Shown: positions 1-9,253, counted from the first letter of the stretch. The stretch: DNA of 32,000 nt from Trichlorobacter lovleyi SZ (GCF_000020385.1 NC_010814.1:1860001-1892000), one strand, 5' to 3'. Numbers and translations are program-made. Notes: generated by a model not told the origin, from the letters alone.

Positions 1-171
1 TGCACCACCATGCCCTGTATCATCTGTACCAAGATGCTGATTAATGCCGGCATCAAGCGGATCGTCTATGCCGAGGGATATGCCGACGAGCTTGCCCGTG
101 AAATGGTGCAAGACAGCGGGATTGAGGTAGTCCATTTTGAACGCGGCACACCAGAAGGAGGAACCCGATGA
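1..171 (+). CDS. dCMP/cytidine deaminase family protein, C-terminal fragment (5' end lies outside the window)
   Basis: Frame 1 reads [49 protein letters not shown]. The PCxxC zinc-ligand motif followed by INAGI+R+VY is typical of ComEB/dCMP deaminases. The TGA at 169-171 overlaps the nrdR ATG (ATGA). Confidence 0.7.
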
Positions 172-620
172 AGTGTCCGTTCTGTGGCCATCCAGATAGT
201 AAAGTCGTCGATTCACGGCCTGATAAAGGCGGAGCGGTTATCCGCCGCCGTCGCGAATGCGAGGAGTGCGCCAGGCGTTTTACCACCTATGAACGGGTGG
301 AGGAGATGCTGCCTCTGGTCTGCAAGAAGGATGGACGGCGGGAACATTTTGACCGGATGAAGGTGGTCTCCGGCATCAAGAAGGCTTGTGAAAAACGTCC
401 GGTTTCCGTGGAGGATATCGAGCGCATGGCTGACCGGCTGGAAACCCGCCTGCAGGAGTGCGGTGAGCGGGAAGTGCCGGCATCACGGATCGGCGAGTGG
501 ATCATGAACGAGCTGCATGCCGTCGACCAGGTCGCCTATGTCCGTTTTGCCTCGGTCTATCGTTCTTTTAAGGATATCAACGAATTCATGGTTGAGCTGC
601 AGGACCTGCTGAAAAAGTAG
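168..620 (+). CDS. nrdR: Transcriptional repressor NrdR (zinc ribbon + ATP-cone)
   Basis: 150 aa. The N-terminus [17 protein letters not shown]...[20 protein letters not shown] is the canonical NrdR zinc ribbon, and the C-terminal ATP-cone ends in [13 protein letters not shown]. Confidence 0.95.
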
Positions 621-629
621 GGGGCCGAA

Positions 630-1733
630 ATGTCAACATCAGACATTGCATACATGAAGCGGGCGATTTCCCTTGCACGGAAAGGGTTAGGCAGGACTGC
701 TCCCAATCCGGCTGTAGGCTGTGTGATTGTGTGCGACGGGGTGATTGTGGGGGAGGGGTGGCATAAAAAGGCCGGTACCCCCCATGCCGAGGTGCATGCC
801 CTGGCCATGGCCGGTGCTGCAGCCAAAGGGGCTGATGTCTATGTGACGCTTGAGCCCTGCTGCCATCACGGTAAGACTCCACCCTGTTGCGATGCGTTGA
901 TCGCCGCAGGTGTGCGGCGGGTGGTGGCCGGCATGGTTGATCCCTTTCTGCAGGTGGCCGGCAAAGGATTGCAGACTTTGCGTCAGGCCGGTGTCCGGGT
1001 TGAAGTGGGGTTGCTGGAACAGCAGTGCAAGGAGTTGAACAAGGGGTTTATCAAGTCTGTCACCACCGGTATGCCGTACCTGCTCTACAAGACCGCCATG
1101 ACCATGGACGGTAATATTGCCACTGTCACCGGACATTCCCGCTGGGTCACCGGTGAGGAGTCCCGGCGTCTGGTGCATCGCCTGCGTGCTCACTGTGATG
1201 CCGTCATGGTGGGGGTGGATACGGTGATTGCAGACAACCCGCAATTGACGGTCCGGCATGTCAGGGGGAGAGATCCGCTGCGGGTGATTGTGGATACCCG
1301 CTTGCGTACTCCGGAAAGCGTTAACGTACTGAATGGCACTGATGCCGGTAGAACCGTGATTGCCACCTGTGAGACAAATCCTGATATTCATCAGCGCTAT
1401 TTGTCGCAGGGAGCGGACATACTGGTCTGCCGGGAATATGACGGCCGGGTTGAAATGACTGATCTGCTGCGCAAACTGGCTGTCAGGGGGGTGCAGAGCA
1501 TTCTGGTGGAGGGCGGCAGCCGTCTGGCAGGCGATCTGTTGCAGCGCAATCTGATTGATGAATGTATTTTTTTCTATGCTCCAAAGGTAGTGGGGAACGG
1601 TTTTGCTCCCTTTGCCATACAAGGAATAAGTACCATGGATGAAGCCATTCAACTAGAGGTGCAGCGGGTTGGCATGTCCGGCCCCGACGTGGTGGTGTAT
1701 GCCAGGCCGGTGGGTGTATGTTTACCGGTCTGA
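630..1733 (+). CDS. ribD: Bifunctional diaminohydroxyphosphoribosylaminopyrimidine deaminase / 5-amino-6-(5-phosphoribosylamino)uracil reductase
   Basis: 367 aa. Deaminase motifs HAEVHAL and PCCHHGKTPPC are present, and the reductase half carries MTMDGNIAT...SILVEGG. The gene starts 9 nt after nrdR. Confidence 0.95.
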   Translation: MSTSDIAYMKRAISLARKGLGRTAPNPAVGCVIVCDGVIVGEGWHKKAGTPHAEVHALAMAGAAAKGADVYVTLEPCCHHGKTPPCCDALIAAGVRRVVAGMVDPFLQVAGKGLQTLRQAGVRVEVGLLEQQCKELNKGFIKSVTTGMPYLLYKTAMTMDGNIATVTGHSRWVTGEESRRLVHRLRAHCDAVMVGVDTVIADNPQLTVRHVRGRDPLRVIVDTRLRTPESVNVLNGTDAGRTVIATCETNPDIHQRYLSQGADILVCREYDGRVEMTDLLRKLAVRGVQSILVEGGSRLAGDLLQRNLIDECIFFYAPKVVGNGFAPFAIQGISTMDEAIQLEVQRVGMSGPDVVVYARPVGVCLPV

Positions 1734-2359
1734 TCGAGTGTACCGGGCGTGTGGTTGCCCTGCGTCGCGGCGGGGAGCGTGCCGTGCTGGAGGTTTCTGC
1801 TCCGTTGCCCGTCAGTGAGGTCTGTATCGGTGACTCAATTGCCGTAAACGGTGCCTGTCTGACGGTCGTGGCTATGCAGGGGGATCGTTTCAGCTTTGAT
1901 GTATCGCCTGAAACGGTGACCCGTACCACCTTTGCTACCCTGCAGCCGGGCAGCCCGGTCAATCTGGAACGGGCCCTGCGGTTGGGCGGCCGTCTGGACG
2001 GACATCTGGTAACCGGGCATATTGACTGTGTCGGACGGCTTGAAAGCAGGACGAATCAGGGCAATGCTGTTGTTCTTGAGTTCAGCCTGCCGCGTGAACA
2101 GGCCAGGATGCTGGTGGAAAAGGGGTCGGTGGCAATAGACGGGATCAGTCTGACGGTCAACGGGGTGACCGACAGCGGTTTTTCGGTTTCGATCATTCCC
2201 CATACCCTGGAAAAGACAACCCTGGCGGCTGTCGGACCTGGCAAGCAAGTGAACATTGAGACCGATGTTATCGGTAAATATGTGGCAAGGCTGGTTGGTC
2301 CCCATGCCGGTACGGGTGGACTGACCATGGAAAAACTGATGCAGAACGGTTTTATCTGA
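1718..2359 (+). CDS. ribE: Riboflavin synthase (alpha chain)
   Basis: 213 aa. It has the canonical MFTGLIE.G N-terminus and the internally duplicated GDSIAVNGACLTV / GSVAIDGISLTV barrels. It overlaps the ribD 3' end by 16 nt. Confidence 0.93.
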   Translation: MFTGLIECTGRVVALRRGGERAVLEVSAPLPVSEVCIGDSIAVNGACLTVVAMQGDRFSFDVSPETVTRTTFATLQPGSPVNLERALRLGGRLDGHLVTGHIDCVGRLESRTNQGNAVVLEFSLPREQARMLVEKGSVAIDGISLTVNGVTDSGFSVSIIPHTLEKTTLAAVGPGKQVNIETDVIGKYVARLVGPHAGTGGLTMEKLMQNGFI

Positions 2360-2376
2360 GAGAGGAAAACGGAACG

Positions 2377-3582
2377 ATGGGCGTATGTACGATTGAAGAG
2401 GCGATTGAAGATATCCGTCAGGGCAAGATGGTCATTCTGGTGGATGACGAGGATAGGGAGAACGAAGGCGATCTGACCATGGCTGCCGAGATGGCAACCC
2501 CGGAGGCGATCAACTTCATGGCAAAATATGGCCGGGGCCTGATCTGTCTGACCCTGACCCCGCAAAAGTGCGATGCCCTGGGACTGAAGCCGATGGTGCG
2601 GGACAATACCTCCCCCTTTGAGACCGCTTTTACGGTTTCAATCGAGGCCAAACGCGGCGTTACCACCGGCATTTCTGCTGCAGACCGTTCCCACACCATT
2701 CTGACGGCTGTTGCCCCCAACGCCTCAGCAGCTGATCTGGTCAGTCCCGGTCATATCTTCCCGCTGCGTGCCAAGCCGGGCGGGGTGCTGGTTCGTACCG
2801 GTCAGACCGAGGGGTCGGTTGATCTGGCGCGGTTGGCAGGGCTGACCCCGGCCGGCGTGATCTGCGAGATCATGAATGATGACGGCAGTATGTCCCGTAT
2901 GCCGGAGTTACGGAAGTTTGCCAAACAACATGGTCTGAAGATCTGCACCGTGGCTGATCTGGTGGCCTACCGTCTGAAGCATGAGCAACTTGTCCGGCCT
3001 GTTGCCGATGCCAAACTGCCGTCCCGTTATGGCGGTGACTGGCGGGTGGTGGCCTTTGAAAATGATGTGGACAAGCTTGATCATATAGCCCTGATCAAGG
3101 GAGACCTCTCCGGTGATCAACCGGTACTGGTGCGGGTGCATTCAGAGTGCCTGACTGGCGATGTGATGGGATCCCAGCGTTGTGATTGCGGTGATCAGCT
3201 GCACAAGGCGATGGAGGCGATTGACAAGGAAGGACGCGGGGTTATTCTCTATATGCGCCAGGAGGGGCGGGGGATCGGCCTGATCAACAAGCTGAAAGCG
3301 TACGAACTGCAGGATCAGGGAATGGATACGGTTGAAGCCAATCAACAACTCGGTTTTAAGGCTGACATGCGAGATTACGGGGTCGGCGCCCAGATCCTGC
3401 TGGCTTTAGGCATCCGTAAAATCAGAATTCTGACCAACAACCCTCGTAAGCTGGTAGGTCTGCAAGGGTATGGCATTCAGATCGTGGACAGGGTATCGAT
3501 TGAAGCCAATCCCACCTGCTCAAACAAAGGTTACCTCAGAACCAAACGTGATAAACTGGGGCATCTGCTGGAAAAAGTCTGA
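2377..3582 (+). CDS. ribBA: Bifunctional 3,4-dihydroxy-2-butanone-4-phosphate synthase / GTP cyclohydrolase II
   Basis: 401 aa. The DHBP synthase half has [11 protein letters not shown] and GHIFPL. The GCH-II half has [18 protein letters not shown] and [11 protein letters not shown]. Confidence 0.95.
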   Translation: MGVCTIEEAIEDIRQGKMVILVDDEDRENEGDLTMAAEMATPEAINFMAKYGRGLICLTLTPQKCDALGLKPMVRDNTSPFETAFTVSIEAKRGVTTGISAADRSHTILTAVAPNASAADLVSPGHIFPLRAKPGGVLVRTGQTEGSVDLARLAGLTPAGVICEIMNDDGSMSRMPELRKFAKQHGLKICTVADLVAYRLKHEQLVRPVADAKLPSRYGGDWRVVAFENDVDKLDHIALIKGDLSGDQPVLVRVHSECLTGDVMGSQRCDCGDQLHKAMEAIDKEGRGVILYMRQEGRGIGLINKLKAYELQDQGMDTVEANQQLGFKADMRDYGVGAQILLALGIRKIRILTNNPRKLVGLQGYGIQIVDRVSIEANPTCSNKGYLRTKRDKLGHLLEKV

Positions 3583-4109
3583 TGCGCGTTCTGTTGCATA
3601 CCTGTTGCGGTCCCTGTGCGCTGTATCCTCTGACCAGCCTGCGTGCTGAAGGGGTGGATGTTACCGGTTTTTTCTTTAACCATAACATACATCCCTACCA
3701 GGAGTATGTCCGGCGGCGAGATGCTGCGCAGCAGATGGCAGATCTGGAAGGGATGCCGCTGGTACTGCGGGATGAGTACCGCCTGGAGGAATTCCTTGCC
3801 AATGTGGCTGCAGAGCCTGATAAACGCTGTGGCTACTGCTACGCTTCACGCCTGGATGCTGTGGCTGCGGCAGCGAGGGAAGGCGGTTTTGATACCTTTA
3901 CCTCGTCGCTTTTCTACAGCCGATACCAGAATCATGAGTTGATGCGCCGGAAGGCTGAAGAGTCAGCAGCGCGCTATGGTGTTCAATTTCTCTATCGCGA
4001 CTTCAGGCCCGGCTGGCAGGAGGGGATTCGACGTTCCAAAGAGCTGGGGCTGTACCGCCAGCAGTACTGCGGCTGTGTCTACAGCGAGAAGGAGCGCTAC
4101 TGCCGTTGA
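3582..4109 (+). CDS. queH: Epoxyqueuosine reductase QueH (DUF208 family)
   Basis: 175 aa. The protein starts LLHTCCGPC, has an internal CGYCY, and ends YRQQYCGCVYSE, which is the Cys pattern of DUF208/QueH. Its ATG shares 1 nt with the ribBA stop (TGATG). Confidence 0.85.
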   Translation: MRVLLHTCCGPCALYPLTSLRAEGVDVTGFFFNHNIHPYQEYVRRRDAAQQMADLEGMPLVLRDEYRLEEFLANVAAEPDKRCGYCYASRLDAVAAAAREGGFDTFTSSLFYSRYQNHELMRRKAEESAARYGVQFLYRDFRPGWQEGIRRSKELGLYRQQYCGCVYSEKERYCR

Positions 4110-4134
4110 AGCTGGATACGTTGTCATACTTTAT

Positions 4135-4176
4135 AAACAAGAAAAGGCCCGGAATAATCCGGGCCTTTTCTTGTTT
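4135..4176. terminator. Bidirectional intrinsic terminator hairpin between queH (+) and the ferredoxin gene (-)
   Basis: AAACAAGAAAAGGCCCGG-aataat-CCGGGCCTTTTCTTGTTT forms a perfect 18-bp stem. A/T runs on both sides give a U-tract on either strand. Confidence 0.85.
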
Positions 4177-4194
4177 AATCGAGATACGTTACTA

Positions 4195-4362
4195 CTAAGC
4201 GTGGATTGCGTTGACAGGGCAGGTGTCTACACAGGCGCCGCAGTCAATGCAGGTGTCTGCATCGATAACGCGCTTGCTGCCTTGCTCGCTAATTGCGTTG
4301 ACAGGGCAGGAGTCTTCACATGCTGCGCAGTTGGTGCAATCGTCAGTAATAGTGTGTGCCAT
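4195..4362 (-). CDS. 2x[4Fe-4S] clostridial-type ferredoxin (55 aa; below the ORF-track length cut-off)
   Basis: My own reverse-strand translation is MAHTITDDCTNCAACEDSCPVNAISEQGSKRVIDADTCIDCGACVDTCPVNAIHA*. It contains two CxxCxxCxxxCP motifs. A strong SD (AGGAGGTGG) lies about 6 nt upstream of the ATG (complement of 4360-4362), and the stop is TAG (complement of 4195-4197). Confidence 0.88.
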   Translation of the reverse strand: MAHTITDDCTNCAACEDSCPVNAISEQGSKRVIDADTCIDCGACVDTCPVNAIHA

Positions 4363-4618
4363 GGTACCACCTCCTAAAAATAGTTGAAAATTGGTTGTCC
4401 TTTCTGCAAAGGCGTGAACGTGTTACCACAGCACCGGTAAAATGTCCAGCAAAACTGTATACGGGATTTCACTGGGCTGTCTCACAAATTGGTTGAATTT
4501 TGATTGATCAGCATGATATATCAAATGCAGTTTTATTATTGTGTAAATGGTTTAATCTCACTAATGTTTTTTTATTGAAAATAATATCTTGATTTATGTT
4601 CATTCGGGAGGAGTTTGT

Positions 4619-5884
4619 ATGATTATCATGGCATTGAACTGCGGAAGCTCGTCTGTAAAATACCAGTTGTTTGACTGGGATAAAAAGGTGGTTGTTGCCA
4701 AGGGGATGGTTGAACGGGTTATTGTTGGTGACTCCTATATCGTCCATGAAGTTCCGGGCAGAGATAACTACAAGCTTGAGCAAGACTGCCCGGATCACAG
4801 GGCTGCCATTGACCTGGTCATCCGTACGGTCACTGATCGTGAGTGTGGTGTGCTGCAGAGTGTTGCTGAAATCTCTGCGGTTGGCCACCGGGTGGTGCAT
4901 GGTGGTGAGAAGTTCACCTGCTCAGTGCGGATTGATGATGATGTACTCAACGCTGTCAAGGATGTACAACATCTGGCCCCACTTCATAATCCGCCCAATA
5001 TTGAAGGTATTGAGGCTGCCCGTGCGCTGATGCCTGCCATACCTCATGTTGCTATTTTTGATACAGCCTTCCACCAGACCATGCCGGAGCATGCTTTTCT
5101 GTACCCCGTACCCTATGACTGGTATGAAAACCATGGTGTTCGTCGCTATGGCTTTCATGGTACCTCCCATCTGTATGTCTCCAAGCGTGCCGCCATGTTG
5201 TTAGGCAAACCTGCGGAACAGTGCAATATCATTACCATGCATATTGGAAACGGTGTTTCCCACTGCGCCATCAAGGGCGGCGTGTCAGTTGATACCACCA
5301 TGGGGCTGACGCCTTTGGAAGGTGCCGTCATGGGCACACGCAGTGGTGATATTGATCCGGCCATTCCTGCCTTTATGATGCAGAAAGAAAATCTCTCCGC
5401 AAAGGAGATTGATAGTGTTCTGAACAAGAAAAGCGGTATCCTGGGGATTACCGGCCGCTATACCGACCGCCGTGATGTGATTGAGCATGCTGCGAAAGGA
5501 GACCACCGCTGTCAGTTGGCACTGGATATCGAGGCGTACCGCCTGAAAAAGTATATTGGTGCCTATATGGCAGCCATAGGGAAACTGGATGCGGTTGTCT
5601 TCACCGCTGGTGTGGGGGAAATGGGGGCCGCTATCCGTGAGAAGGCGATTGAAGGGCTTGAGCATATCGGCATTCATCTTGACCGGGAGCGTAATGCCGG
5701 CGCCATGACCCGTAAGCGGGAGTCACTGATTACCACCGACGATTCACCGGTCAAGGTCTATGTTATCCCTACCGATGAAGAACTGGTCTTTACTGAGGAT
5801 GTGGTGGCGATTCTGAACGGCACCTATACTGACCATATGCAGTTTGAGTATTCTTTTGCAAAGCCTGACTTTGTAAGGACGTAG
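4619..5884 (+). CDS. ackA: Acetate kinase
   Basis: The N-terminus is MIIMALNCGSSSVKYQLF, with internal GHRVVHGG, FDTAFHQTMP, YGFHGTSH and EMGAAIRE. I chose the ATG at 4619 because GGGAGGAG sits 5 nt upstream; the track ORF begins at 4589. Confidence 0.94.
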   Translation: MIIMALNCGSSSVKYQLFDWDKKVVVAKGMVERVIVGDSYIVHEVPGRDNYKLEQDCPDHRAAIDLVIRTVTDRECGVLQSVAEISAVGHRVVHGGEKFTCSVRIDDDVLNAVKDVQHLAPLHNPPNIEGIEAARALMPAIPHVAIFDTAFHQTMPEHAFLYPVPYDWYENHGVRRYGFHGTSHLYVSKRAAMLLGKPAEQCNIITMHIGNGVSHCAIKGGVSVDTTMGLTPLEGAVMGTRSGDIDPAIPAFMMQKENLSAKEIDSVLNKKSGILGITGRYTDRRDVIEHAAKGDHRCQLALDIEAYRLKKYIGAYMAAIGKLDAVVFTAGVGEMGAAIREKAIEGLEHIGIHLDRERNAGAMTRKRESLITTDDSPVKVYVIPTDEELVFTEDVVAILNGTYTDHMQFEYSFAKPDFVRT

Positions 5885-5892
5885 ACGAAATA

Positions 5893-5929
5893 GAGTGAGG
5901 GGGGAAAGATTTTCTTTCACCCCTCACTC
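5893..5929. terminator. Bidirectional terminator hairpin between ackA (+) and the TPR gene (-)
   Basis: GAGTGAGGGG..gaaagattttctttc..CCCCTCACTC forms a 10-bp GC-rich outer stem with additional inner pairing. Confidence 0.75.
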
Positions 5930-5937
5930 GTTACCTC

Positions 5938-6750
5938 TTACCCTTTCAATTCTTCCTGCAACCCTTCTACGACAGCCCTTACTTCGGCAAGCATATCCGC
6001 TGCCTGGGGAGACGTCTCGTACTTAAGGTACAGACGATAATACGTTAGTGCGTCTTTCATCCGCTCCTGATCCATGCAGATCCCTCCCAGGGTCAGGTAG
6101 GCCATGCTGAAATCCGGTGCCAGTTTGACTGCTATTTTACAGTTTTCCTCTGCCGGATCATACTCTTCAAGATCATAGTAGAGTTCTCCCAGATTATGGT
6201 AGGCAGCCGGGTCGGTCGGGTCAAGCTCAATTCCCTTCTGGTAGGCCTCAATGGCAGCCTTGTGATCTCCACTGCCGTAATACAGATCCCCCAGCGCATT
6301 CCAGGCAAAGGTGTTGTCCGGTTCATGTTCAATAGCCAGCCTGAAAGCCGCCTTAGCTTCCTCAGTCTGGTCAAGGGCGTTGTGGACAAGGCCGATGCTG
6401 ACCAGGGCATCGGCATCCTGGGGGTCAATCAGCAGGACAGCCCGGTACTGCGCCAGGGCCTCCTGATGACGGCCTGCTTCAAACAACAGGTCCCCCAGAG
6501 TGGTAAGGGCGTCTGGGTCATCAGGAACAATGTCTGTGCCGGTGCGATAGGCCTGTATGGCCTCATCAAGCCGCCCCAGCTCTGCCAAAGTGTCACCGCG
6601 GTAAAAGTGTGCGTGGGGATCAGTTGGTGTGTGCCCGCTATACTTATCAAGTAATTGCAAGGCTGCGGCAGGATTGCCGGCATCAAGCAGGTCAATTGCC
6701 CTGGTCAACTCTTCATGCAGTTTTTCAGTAATCATATCGTTTTCCCCCAT
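5938..6750 (-). CDS. Tetratricopeptide-repeat (TPR) protein
   Basis: 270 aa built from repeated 34-aa units of the form A...Y..A..L.P.. (for example AIEAYQKGIELDPTDPAAYHNLGELYY). The alternative start at M6 (6735) has the better SD (GGGGGA). Confidence 0.85.
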   Translation of the reverse strand: MGENDMITEKLHEELTRAIDLLDAGNPAAALQLLDKYSGHTPTDPHAHFYRGDTLAELGRLDEAIQAYRTGTDIVPDDPDALTTLGDLLFEAGRHQEALAQYRAVLLIDPQDADALVSIGLVHNALDQTEEAKAAFRLAIEHEPDNTFAWNALGDLYYGSGDHKAAIEAYQKGIELDPTDPAAYHNLGELYYDLEEYDPAEENCKIAVKLAPDFSMAYLTLGGICMDQERMKDALTYYRLYLKYETSPQAADMLAEVRAVVEGLQEELKG

Positions 6751-6814
6751 TCCAAAATCTGCATCACCATATACAAATCAGATTAATTTTTCAGCAAAAT
6801 TTCGGCAGTACTGC

Positions 6815-6842
6815 TTGCAATGGGGAAACTTTGCCCTATACT
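6815..6842 (+). promoter_or_regulatory. Candidate sigma70 promoter for ptsP (TTGCAA-N16-TATACT)
   Basis: The -35 TTGCAA is at 6815-6820, followed by a 16-nt spacer and the -10 TATACT at 6837-6842, 32 nt upstream of the ptsP ATG. This is a sequence match only. Confidence 0.35.
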
Positions 6843-6873
6843 GTAAACATTCTTCAGCATTACGGGGCATTTC

Positions 6874-9219
6874 ATGCAGCGTGAACAATCACAACATTTT
6901 CTTGGTCTGAGAACCTTGGAAGATATCAGCAGTATCATCTTGCATTCCCATGATTTGCAGGAAACCTTGGATAATATTGTTACGATTGTTGCCAAGCGGA
7001 TGGGGAGCGAGGTCTGCTCAATCTACCTGCTGGAAGATGATGGTGAGACCCTGGTACTCAAAGCTACCAAGGGACTTTCAAAAAATGCTGTCGGAAAGAT
7101 CATGATGAAGACATCAGAAGGTCTTTCCGGATTAGTGGTGCAGACCAGGGATATGGTTACCACCGATAATGCCCCTGCGCACCCGCGCTATAAATATTTC
7201 AAGCATTCCAAGGAAGAACGCTATCTTTCGTTCCTTGGGTTGCCTTTGTTTGAGCGCAAGACGCCGATCGGCGTCATTGTGGTCCAGACGGTCGCTGCCC
7301 GTAGTTTTACAGAAGTTGAGATCAGTATTCTCAGGACCATTACCTTTCAGATCAGCAGCATCGTCCTGAATGCCAAATTACTGGACTCCATCCAGAGTAA
7401 AGAGCAGGAGCGGGCTTACTATGAACAGGAACTGGCTCGTCTCAAGACTCACCGCCCTAGTGACGGTGGTCGCGAACAGCCGGAAACAAAATCTAAAACC
7501 CGTGCACTGGGGGGGACTGCCGTCTCTCCAGGGTTCAGTCATGGCAAGGTCTATATTCTTGATCGTTTCAGCGACAAGGTGATCAAGGTTGCCAAAGTCG
7601 GCTCTGTTGAAGAAGAACTGCATAAATTCAGGATAGCTCTGGAAAAAGTAACTATCCAGACTATTTATATGGAAAAACGTGTCAGTGAACTGTTGTCAGA
7701 AGATGATGCTTCAATCTTTCATACCCATCTGATGATTCTTGAAGACAGGGGCTTTCTTAATAAAATTAACGATCTGATTGATCAGGGGGTTGGCGCAACC
7801 AGGGCGGTACATGAGGTAGTCCAGGGCTATATCGAGGTTTTTTCAGCCATGGAAGATCCTTACCTCCGGGAACGTTCCGCTGATATGGAGGATATCGGCC
7901 GCAGGATCATTGATGTGCTGGAAGGGAATGAGAACGATGGAGTAAAGTTGAAGGAAAAACGGGTCATCGTTGCAGAGGATATCTTTCCCTCCGACATGGC
8001 CATGCTGGATCATGATAAAATTCTGGGAATAGTGACGGAAAAAGGCAATATCTATTCTCATGCTGCCATTATGGCAAAGTCTCTGGGAATCCCAGCTGTT
8101 GTCGGGGTAAAGGGGCTGCTCCATGCAGCCAATGTCAAAGATCAGGTGATTGTTGACGGCACTTCCGGCCACATTTACCTGAATCCTGAAAAGCAGGTCC
8201 GCGAAGAGTACCTTAGACTTGAAAAAGAGTACACCATCCGTTTAAAGGAGCTGGAGCCGCTTCGGGATTTACCGGCAGTAACCAGCGATGGCATGCGGAT
8301 TTTGTTGCGGGCCAATATCGGGCTGTTGTCTGATGTCAGGACCGCGGTTGCCAATGGCGCCGAGGGGGTCGGACTGTACCGGACCGAGTTCCCTTACATG
8401 GCCCGCACAACCTTCCCTAACCGTGAGGAACAGGCATCCCTCTACCGCAAAATTCTGGAAGGATTTCCGGGGCAGCCGGTCAATATTCGTACTCTGGATA
8501 TCGGCGGAGATAAGGGACTGCCCTATTTCAGCTACCCCCATGAAGACAACCCGTTTCTGGGCTGGCGCTCAATTCGTGTTTCACTGGATGAAGAAGAAAT
8601 TTTTCGTGAGCAGTTGGCAGGTATCCTTTTGGCAGCCCCGGCTGGTCAGGCCACCATTATGTTTCCGTTAATCAGCTGCCTTGATGAGGTGCGCAGGATC
8701 AGATCGATTCTGAATTCGGTAGTGGCCGAGCTATGCCGGCAGGGCCATGATGTCTGCGGTGGACTTCCAATGGGGATCATGGTGGAGGTGCCGGCGGCTG
8801 TACAGATTATTGACCGCTTGGCAGCAGAGGTGGATTACCTGAGTATCGGCACTAATGACCTGATTCAGTATCTGCTTGCAGCGGACCGCAACAATGCCAA
8901 GGTCAAGCAGTATTATGAACCGTATCATCCGGCAGTGCTGCATGCCATCAAGCGGGTTGCAGACGTTGGACAGCGGATGGGAAAGAAGGTTTCAGTCTGT
9001 GGTGAGATGGCAGCTGATCCACTGAATGCCCTTTTGCTGGTAGGGATGGGGGTTCGCGAATTCAGTCTGTCCGCCCCCAGCATTCCGCTGGTTAAGCAGG
9101 CGCTGCGCTCGCACTCGTTGCGATTATGCCAGGCCATGGCCCGTAAGGTACTGGCCTTTGATACAGCCTGTGATATCAAACGCTATCTTGCAAAACGCCG
9201 CAAGGAGTTGTTCGAGTAG
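6874..9219 (+). CDS. ptsP: Phosphoenolpyruvate-protein phosphotransferase with N-terminal GAF domain (EI-Ntr type)
   Basis: 781 aa. The N-terminal GAF-like region carries LQETLDNIVTIVAKRMGSEVCSIYLL. Enzyme I motifs are present: the phospho-His region GNIYSHAAIMAKSLGIPAVVG, then GLYRTEF, and the C-terminal SIGTNDLIQY...CGEMA. Confidence 0.9.
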   Translation: MQREQSQHFLGLRTLEDISSIILHSHDLQETLDNIVTIVAKRMGSEVCSIYLLEDDGETLVLKATKGLSKNAVGKIMMKTSEGLSGLVVQTRDMVTTDNAPAHPRYKYFKHSKEERYLSFLGLPLFERKTPIGVIVVQTVAARSFTEVEISILRTITFQISSIVLNAKLLDSIQSKEQERAYYEQELARLKTHRPSDGGREQPETKSKTRALGGTAVSPGFSHGKVYILDRFSDKVIKVAKVGSVEEELHKFRIALEKVTIQTIYMEKRVSELLSEDDASIFHTHLMILEDRGFLNKINDLIDQGVGATRAVHEVVQGYIEVFSAMEDPYLRERSADMEDIGRRIIDVLEGNENDGVKLKEKRVIVAEDIFPSDMAMLDHDKILGIVTEKGNIYSHAAIMAKSLGIPAVVGVKGLLHAANVKDQVIVDGTSGHIYLNPEKQVREEYLRLEKEYTIRLKELEPLRDLPAVTSDGMRILLRANIGLLSDVRTAVANGAEGVGLYRTEFPYMARTTFPNREEQASLYRKILEGFPGQPVNIRTLDIGGDKGLPYFSYPHEDNPFLGWRSIRVSLDEEEIFREQLAGILLAAPAGQATIMFPLISCLDEVRRIRSILNSVVAELCRQGHDVCGGLPMGIMVEVPAAVQIIDRLAAEVDYLSIGTNDLIQYLLAADRNNAKVKQYYEPYHPAVLHAIKRVADVGQRMGKKVSVCGEMAADPLNALLLVGMGVREFSLSAPSIPLVKQALRSHSLRLCQAMARKVLAFDTACDIKRYLAKRRKELFE

Positions 9220-9253
9220 CTTGCCGGCTACGATGATGTAAAGGCTGAATAAG

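Noticed and set aside
621-629. FMN riboswitch upstream of ribD
   Set aside because: Only 9 nt separate nrdR and ribD, so there is no space for an RFN element.
687-1652. 321-aa minus-strand ORF antisense to ribD
   Set aside because: The plus strand carries unmistakable RibD motifs. Long antisense ORFs like this are expected in GC-rich coding DNA, and this one has no recognisable motif or SD.
3976-4377. 133-aa plus-strand ORF in the track
   Set aside because: It begins inside queH in another frame, reads through the queH terminator hairpin, and is the antisense shadow of the ferredoxin gene at 4195-4362. The peptide is low-complexity and rich in Ala, Val and Cys.
4504-4524. FNR/CRP-type box TTGAT...ATCAA upstream of ackA
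   Set aside because: The half-sites are separated by 11 nt rather than the canonical 4, so this is not a credible FNR/CRP site.
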